Shown: positions 57,687 through 64,000 of the stretch, one piece after another
Numbering within the stretch: position 1 is the stretch's first letter
Layout: each line of letters opens with the position of its first letter
DNA from: Plasmodiophora brassicae
Lineage: Eukaryota
Assembly: GCA_036867785.1 (NCBI GenBank)
Contig: CP145423.1
Span: forward strand, 682,001 to 746,000
Direction: 5' to 3'
DNA: 64,000 bases
Program-made: the position numbers and the translations under genes
The notes under the pieces: model-generated
The model's database searches: none
What the model was told of the DNA's origin: nothing
What the model saw: only the letters and a program-made list of their open reading frames with translations

Positions 57687-60239
57687 ATGGCAGGAGGCGA
57701 TGGGCCGATTCCGTCATGGGCGGACGACGTCCCATCGTCCGCGAATCCGGATGTTGCGGGTGTGTCGGATTTTGCTCTCGGTCCCCTGTCGCAGCTGCAC
57801 TTCGCGCGGGGTGTTCTGCCACTGGCGAATCATCTCCCTGCACGACCGCTCACCCCGCCTTCGCTCAATAGTACCGCTGCCGATTGGCCCGACGACTCTC
57901 TGTCCTCTTCGGACCGTCACTCACCGCCTGCCTTATCGTCCCTACACGTTTCTGCCGCCTCGACGTCTCTGCAGGACCCCGGCGGCGCGCCTCGGAATGA
58001 CCCCGTCTCCTCGACGTCGCAGCATATTGGCCTTTCGTCCGTTGGGGCTCGAGTGCCGGCGCCACGGGTGTCTCCGGGCCCACCCTTCATGTCTATTGTT
58101 GTCCAGTCACAAGACATTCCGCGTTTTTCGGGAAGCGATGGTCTGTCGACGACGCGCTGGTTGACTGCGTTCTCTCGGATCACCCAGACGTCGTTAACGT
58201 CTACAAGTCCTCTATCCGGCGATGTGCAATGTGTCTTAACGACAGCCTTGCAAGGTCAGGCCCTTGAGACTTACCTCGACTTGCCTGCGGACGCGTCTAT
58301 GGCGGACGTAGCGTCCGTCCTGCTCCATGACTTCCCGGGCCCTTCGTTCAAGCAGGTTGAAGCGAAGTTTGACAACCTGAAGCAGACTGCAGGTGTCGCT
58401 CACCACGCACTGGCATTCCAACGCTTGTACAAGGACCTTCAACGACTTGACCCATTGTACAGACTCAATCCGGCCCGCTTGGCGGAAAAGTTCCGCCTCT
58501 CGTTGAACCCTGCGCTCTCCGAAGCGCTGTTCTTCTACAACTTCAGAGACTACGACAAAATTCTCGAGATGGCGGCTCATCTTGAGTCGAAATACCCAAT
58601 CGCCGCCATCAACGCTGGCGGTGATGCAAGGACACAACCCCTGGCTTGCCACTATTGTCGCGAAGTTGGGCATTTTATTGCGTCCTGCCCGAAGAGGCCA
58701 CCGTGCCCGCACTGTCGTAAGGTTGGCCACCGCTCATCGCTGTGTCCCGAGCGGTCCGGCAACCCTCTCCACGTCACTGATCTGTTCCTTATGACGTCTC
58801 CCTCAATACCGCATCTGTTGGTATCTGTATGCCTCGTTATCGGCTCACGCCGTGTCAACACTTTCGCCCTGTTAGACTGTGGAGCGACTTCCAACTTCAT
58901 CGACTGGTCGTTCTGTCGTCACCACGAAATACCGGTTCGCTCTAAATCGCGTGCCATTCCTGTTCGCGTCATCGACGGGCGACACCTGTCTCCAGTAACT
59001 CAGGAAACCGTCCCGCTACGTGCTACCGTCGACGGATGTTTCGACAGCGACGTCGTCCTGAACATGATCCACTCGCCTCAACACCCTGTCATTCTTGGGC
59101 TGCCTTGGTTGGCGGATACAAACCCAGATATCGATTGGCGTCAGCGCCGCCTACAGCGCCGCGGAGATACCCTCGTGGGGATGTCACGCCGTACAGGAGA
59201 CGTCCATGAGTCTGGGTCCTTCGTCTCTTCGGCGGGACCATTTGCAACAGTAAAGCGCTGGGATAGTCTCTCAGCTGGGGTCTCACCTCCTGCACGAAGC
59301 GTTCCTGCGCCTGCATCTGCCATCCCTTCAGCTGAATCACTTGAAACGTTGCCGCTTACATCCGTGTTTGTCGACGGCAAGCTGGCTTCCGTAGCTAACG
59401 ACGACCACCCGGAGTGCCACATTGCCATTGCTGCGATCGACGACAGGCCGAGCCCTTCCGCTTTCGATTATGGTAGCATCCCGGGGGTCGCCGCCTTCAA
59501 TGATACTGTTGCCCCCAGCCGCACCGATCTCTTATCATTGCCCCGTTCAGGCTCCGAGTCCACGCCCCTTATGTCCTCCTTCCGGAACTGGGGCCCCGTT
59601 CGACGAGGGGTGAGACGGCCTCTCCCGCCGCCCCCGCCGCCTCCCTCCAATGATGGCTTCCGAGACGGCCACAGCCTCAATCTTCTGATGTTCGCAACCT
59701 TTGTCGCCCTGACCTGGATCCTAGTTGGGTGGCCGTACTTTCCAATAGCACAGCTGTGTACGAGCGCCTCTGCGGAGCCCCCGCCCTTGAATTCGCGCGC
59801 CGAGTCCTTCTTTGCACCTTTTGCTACGCTAGAGGATGACCAGGCCTCATCAACCTCGATCGCGTTTCTCAACCCCGATCTCATGTTCCTGGACGCCGCC
59901 GCACGTGCGTTTGCCCACAAGCTACATCGACGACAGATTCGTTCACTCCAATTCCTTAGCGAAATTGATTTCGTTCATTGGACACCTGACGCCCTGACTC
60001 GTCGACTGGAGTACAGACTGTCGCCTAATGATGAAGCAGTTCTTGCTAGGCCACACCAAATGCTTCCACCCAGACAAGCCCGCAGCCTTTTCCCGGTGCG
60101 GCTAAAAGGGGACTATTATGTCACGACTGAGTCGTGTTGGCGACTCAGCCGGCACCAAATTGGGCTCCTTCGTAGCGCACTAGGTACAATAAACGTCCAC
60201 GGCGCGGACCGACCTCAGTCGGTCAATCCGTGTGGTTGA
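57687..60239 (+). CDS. Fused Gag-protease-spacer ORF (~850 aa) ending in the 3' LTR
   Basis: MAGGDG start as in T1 gag, two CCHC knuckles, LLDCGATSNF in the same frame, and an RNase H remnant HKLHRRQIR..PDALTRR. Confidence 0.75.
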   Translation: MAGGDGPIPSWADDVPSSANPDVAGVSDFALGPLSQLHFARGVLPLANHLPARPLTPPSLNSTAADWPDDSLSSSDRHSPPALSSLHVSAASTSLQDPGGAPRNDPVSSTSQHIGLSSVGARVPAPRVSPGPPFMSIVVQSQDIPRFSGSDGLSTTRWLTAFSRITQTSLTSTSPLSGDVQCVLTTALQGQALETYLDLPADASMADVASVLLHDFPGPSFKQVEAKFDNLKQTAGVAHHALAFQRLYKDLQRLDPLYRLNPARLAEKFRLSLNPALSEALFFYNFRDYDKILEMAAHLESKYPIAAINAGGDARTQPLACHYCREVGHFIASCPKRPPCPHCRKVGHRSSLCPERSGNPLHVTDLFLMTSPSIPHLLVSVCLVIGSRRVNTFALLDCGATSNFIDWSFCRHHEIPVRSKSRAIPVRVIDGRHLSPVTQETVPLRATVDGCFDSDVVLNMIHSPQHPVILGLPWLADTNPDIDWRQRRLQRRGDTLVGMSRRTGDVHESGSFVSSAGPFATVKRWDSLSAGVSPPARSVPAPASAIPSAESLETLPLTSVFVDGKLASVANDDHPECHIAIAAIDDRPSPSAFDYGSIPGVAAFNDTVAPSRTDLLSLPRSGSESTPLMSSFRNWGPVRRGVRRPLPPPPPPPSNDGFRDGHSLNLLMFATFVALTWILVGWPYFPIAQLCTSASAEPPPLNSRAESFFAPFATLEDDQASSTSIAFLNPDLMFLDAAARAFAHKLHRRQIRSLQFLSEIDFVHWTPDALTRRLEYRLSPNDEAVLARPHQMLPPRQARSLFPVRLKGDYYVTTESCWRLSRHQIGLLRSALGTINVHGADRPQSVNPCG

Positions 60240-61028
60240 CACATCTTGCTCTGTCGTCACATCAGGGGTAGATTCCCTGCATGAGGATGTCGACCTTCTT
60301 CTTCAGGCCCTTCTCCCCCGAGAAGATCTCCCCGAGGTTACCGTCCTTGACGATCTTCACCAGCTGCCGACCATAATCGAGCACCCGCGCCTGGATGCTC
60401 TTGTTCATGCGCAGAGAGTCGAAGTAGGTCCAGTATGATCCGCTTTGAGCAGGCGCCTGGGCCATCTGCCAGCCACGTAGCATTCGCTCGATAACGTCAT
60501 CGGGAACGTCTTCCGAGGTCCAGTGAGGTTCACCCGCGCTGCGTAGGAGAACTGGTAGCAGATCCTCGTCGATCATTTCCCGAAGCGGTGCACGACTCCG
60601 GAGTACGCCCAATCTGTTCAGGTACTCGGTGTGTCGCTTCAGAGCATCAAACCACTTATTGATGCTCTTATCATCACACAGCCTGAGTTCAGGGGCCTTG
60701 GCCGCCTTGTCCACCTTGGCTATGCTGGCGATGCGGGCTGCGTCGACAGCGCTGTTGCCGTCTGGCAGTCCCGACTGTTCACCCGGGTATTCGTAGACCG
60801 ACTGGTCTTCGTCACCGCTCTCGACCACCGGCTGCAGCGCGTCTAGCCGCGCTGTAACCTCAGTCAAGTCCTCGTCGATCATCGATACCGATTCGCGCGC
60901 CGTCCCTGCAGCCATCGACGGTCGTACGTGACTACAGTGATCACTGTGTCGTATTCCGGCTAGTCCGGGAGTCCGAGCCAGCCTTGTCTATGGCATGAGC
61001 CCTAATACATGCCACACGAGGCCCCCAG

Positions 61029-61835
61029 ATGGTGTCCAAATTCTGGAAACGGTTGTTGCAGCGGTTGCAGATTGCGCGCAAGCTGACGTCCGGATACCAT
61101 GTGCACAGACGAACGGCCAGGCGGAGCGGGTTAACCAGGTACTGGAGCATTATATCCGGACGTTCACGTCATACCAACAGGACGACTGGCCGGACCTGTT
61201 GCCGATCGCCGAGTTTTCGTATAATGATACTGAACATTCAGCGACCAAGATGACACCGTTCTTTGCGAACTACGGGTATCACCCCAGGTTCTCACAGTTA
61301 TCGGTGCCAGGCGTACCCTGTCAACAGCCAGCTGCAGACGACCGAGCCGAACAATTACAACGAATTCGTGAACTGCTGAAGCGCAACCTCGCCAAATCGA
61401 TCGAGTACATGAAGTGCCAAGCTGACAAGCGTCGCGCACCACCCCAGCCTACGCCGTAGGCGATCGGGTCATGGTGCGCCGGGACCACTGGCCGAGCCGT
61501 CGACCTTCGCGCAAGTACGACGATCGCATGATCGGGCCGTTCGAGATCACCGCCATTATCAACCCTGTCGCCGTTCGCGTAGCCTTACCCGCAGCATGCC
61601 GCATTCACAACGCGTTCCATGTCTCCCAGCTGGCACCCTACCGAGATAATGACATCCCGGGACGTCGCCAGTCACCTCCTGCGGCCATCTACATCGACGA
61701 CGAAGACGAACCGCTATACGTGGTCAAGGACATTCTGGACTCCCGCCTCTACCGCCGACAGTTGCAGTACTTGGTTGATTGGGAGGGCTACCCGGCCACG
61801 GAGCGGTCATGGGAGCCTGCTCGAGATCTAGGGGT
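61029..61835 (+). pseudogene. pol: Integrase C-terminus plus chromodomain fragment of another Tf1-like chromovirus
   Basis: QTNGQAERVNQVLEHY, GPFEI, YLVDWEGYPATERSWEP; frameshifted. Confidence 0.85.
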
Positions 61836-64000
61836 TGTGCCGGCTCCAAGCTATAAGACAAGAATAGCTGTGATCCGGCTAGGCCGCCCTAAGAATGACG
61901 GACATGCACGGAGTGCGCACGGAGTCCGCACGGCGTCCGTGGGAGCTGCAGGTCGAGGACACAGACGATTATACTACACGGCTGATATACCATCACCGTT
62001 GGGACGTCACAGAGATCTCTTGAACATCCTTTCGGGGAAGGTTTCAAAGAAGGACGCGATGGTGGCCACCGCGCAGGAGATGCTGATGGAAGACGACGTC
62101 GATGATCGACAACAAGGACAGAGCGTGCAAGGCTCAACGATCGTCCTGCAGATGAACAAGGCGCCGACCTTGAAAAGCATGGACCGCAAGGCCGTCACGA
62201 CGTTCATGGCCGAGCTGAAGACGTATCGGAATCACTTCCGGGACGATCCGAACGCCAAGGGCCAGATCCCGCGGTCAGTGAGGAGTATGATCGACCCCGG
62301 TCTGCTCAGGGCGATCTGCAAGTGGGAACTCGGCAAGGACGCCGAGGGGGTGACGGAGAGCGACCTGATGGACTGGATGAAGAGGCATCTGGAGCAGGAT
62401 CGCTCGACGGACGCGAACATCGACCGGGAGATGCGGAAGCTGGCGATGAAGCTGACCATCACCACACCGGCGGCAAGGGTCGTGAACCTCGTGCAGCAGT
62501 ACGAGGAATTGGTCGCGCGCAACGGGTGGCAGGACCTCTTCACGTCCCGGGAGGGACGGAAGAACCTGGTCAAGTACCTACTGGGTGCTGTGCGCCCATC
62601 CGGCTTGCAAGCGCTCATGCGGACCCTCGTCATGAAGCGCCAGACCGATCTCCAGAAGGACCCTTTGGAATTCTATCGGGTGCTGAAGGAACGGGCTGCA
62701 TCGTATGAGGAGACGATGTTGTACATGGAGCCGGGACGTGAGGATGGCAAGGGGAAGGGAAAGGCCAAACCCACCCCGAAGAAGCGAGGGGCGCGATGGA
62801 GGCCGGGACACGAAACGACACCGGAAGGACCTGCGATGCTTCAACTGTGAGGAGGTTGGACATCCAGCGTTTCGTTGCCCGAAGAAGCCTACCAAGAAGC
62901 AGGTCGCAGACCTGCTGAAGGATCGCCGCAAGGTGCCAACGGGAAGGGATGGACCCCGTAAGGCCAAATCTGATAAAGATGACGACCTGTCAGAGTACCC
63001 ATGGCTTCCAGTGGTAGGAAGGGTGTCGGAGGAGGCGCGGAGGACAGGGGACCAAATAGTCGTCCGTGTAAACGGACATGAGGAAGACTACGTTGGGATC
63101 CTGGACAGTGGAGCGACATCGGTGGACGTTCTGATGCCATTGACCATAGCGCGCGAGCTGATGGAACGGGACCCATTGTTAACAATGGAGAACCTCCAGA
63201 AGCCGGAAACGTTCTGTCTGGTAGACAGAGAAACGAAGCACACAGCCTACCATGTGATGATACTGGATCTGGGACTGACGACGACGGCAGGCGAACTGAT
63301 CACTCGCCGGCGCCGATGCCTTGTATGGGATATTCCTGAAAAGGAAATCATCCTAGGGGAGAGGCTGTTGGACGACTTGGGTATCCACCCAAAGAAGGCC
63401 CTGGACGTACTCATTTAGAGCACTCCGAAGAAGGGGAATGACGTCATGGATGAAGTGCACGATATGGCAAACGAGGTGCCACCTCTCTGGGAAGGGGAGG
63501 AAGAGGAAACAGAGGATGTGAGGATCGGAACCGATTCCACAGACTCCCTGGAAAGGGAGATGGACGGGATGGTCGAGCGCGCATTGAGGAATGGCCTACC
63601 GCAAGCGATGGTGAAATCGCTTCGGAAACTCGTCAGAAGATATAGGGACGTTTGGCGTATGAGCATCGGACCTGATGGTCCAGCCAGGGTTACACCATTT
63701 GTCACGGAGCTGAAACCGGATGCGGAACCTTACAGGTGCCGAGCCAGAAAGTACAGTATGGAGGACAGTGCTTTCATGGAGGAATTCGTCGCCCAATTGA
63801 AGAAGTATGGCATCGTTTTTGAAAAGTACAACGCGAAGTGGGCTTCACCGGTGGTGGTGGTGACGAAGCCAGGGGGCGGTAAGCGGTTCTGTGTTGATCT
63901 CAGAGCTGTTAATGCCAAATGTGTCGCCGTGGCGTGGCCAATGCCACATCAGGAGGCGATACTGAGGAACCTGGCAGGCTCGAGGTTCTGGTTTAAGCTA
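61836..64000 (+). mobile_element. Second Gypsy E copy: 5' LTR 61836-62011, gag/protease/RT start with frameshifts; continues beyond the window
   Basis: Near-identical to the reverse complement of 16381-15591 and 10249-8860; frameshifts near 62795 and 63415. Confidence 0.92.

Larger units (their letters stand above)
57309..60261 (+). mobile_element. T2: non-autonomous Tf1-like derivative; 143-bp LTRs 57309-57451 and 60119-60261; TSD TCAGG
   Basis: LTRs read identical and are related to the T1 LTRs; PPT AAAAGGGG; RT, most of RNase H and integrase are absent. Confidence 0.95.
17560..61028 (-). mobile_element. Gypsy family C, outermost fragmented host: partial 5' LTR 60945-~61028; gag 60915-60267 and 57308-56532; protease/RT pieces 50990-50678, 34624-34455, 17713-~17560
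   Basis: Pieces rejoin across TSDs: CLVWDVP|AEHIYLG, PDPPATV|APFRTKL, AEWASPVVVV|RKPGNRGWRMCVDL. Confidence 0.85.

Overview
This is eukaryotic DNA. It starts with one small spliced gene (124-1236, three ~55-65 nt GT-AG introns) and a GATGCAG minisatellite. The remaining ~62 kb contains no recognisable cellular gene and is a nest of LTR retrotransposons inserted into one another up to 5-6 levels deep. LTR pairs and target-site duplications (TSDs) resolve most of the nest. It holds five families (A-E) of chromodomain-type Ty3/Gypsy elements with an unusual WIDD RT motif, of which D (10250-15585) is intact. It also holds Tf1/sushi-like YLDD chromoviruses: T1 (28454-34253, intact) and T2 (57309-60261, a Gag-protease-only derivative). 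There are several Ty1/Copia copies (HTDD RT, CHHC knuckle), a ~950-bp non-coding TRIM family that shares the Copia cis-signals, a 70-bp perfect-palindrome insertion and a Tc1-like HTH fragment. The main observation is that no element has a canonical TGG tRNA-3'-end primer-binding site (PBS); three alternative designs appear instead. (1) Every WIDD Gypsy has a perfect 10-bp palindrome starting at the last base of its 5' LTR, with four different sequences across seven copies, suggesting tRNA-independent, possibly dimer-mediated priming. (2) Copia and TRIM copies use a PBS complementary to the anticodon arm of tRNA-Asn(GUU). (3) T1 and T2 carry a Tf1-type self-priming PBS. Organism identity cannot be established from this window; short introns and GC-rich composition suggest a compact protist-type genome (inference).
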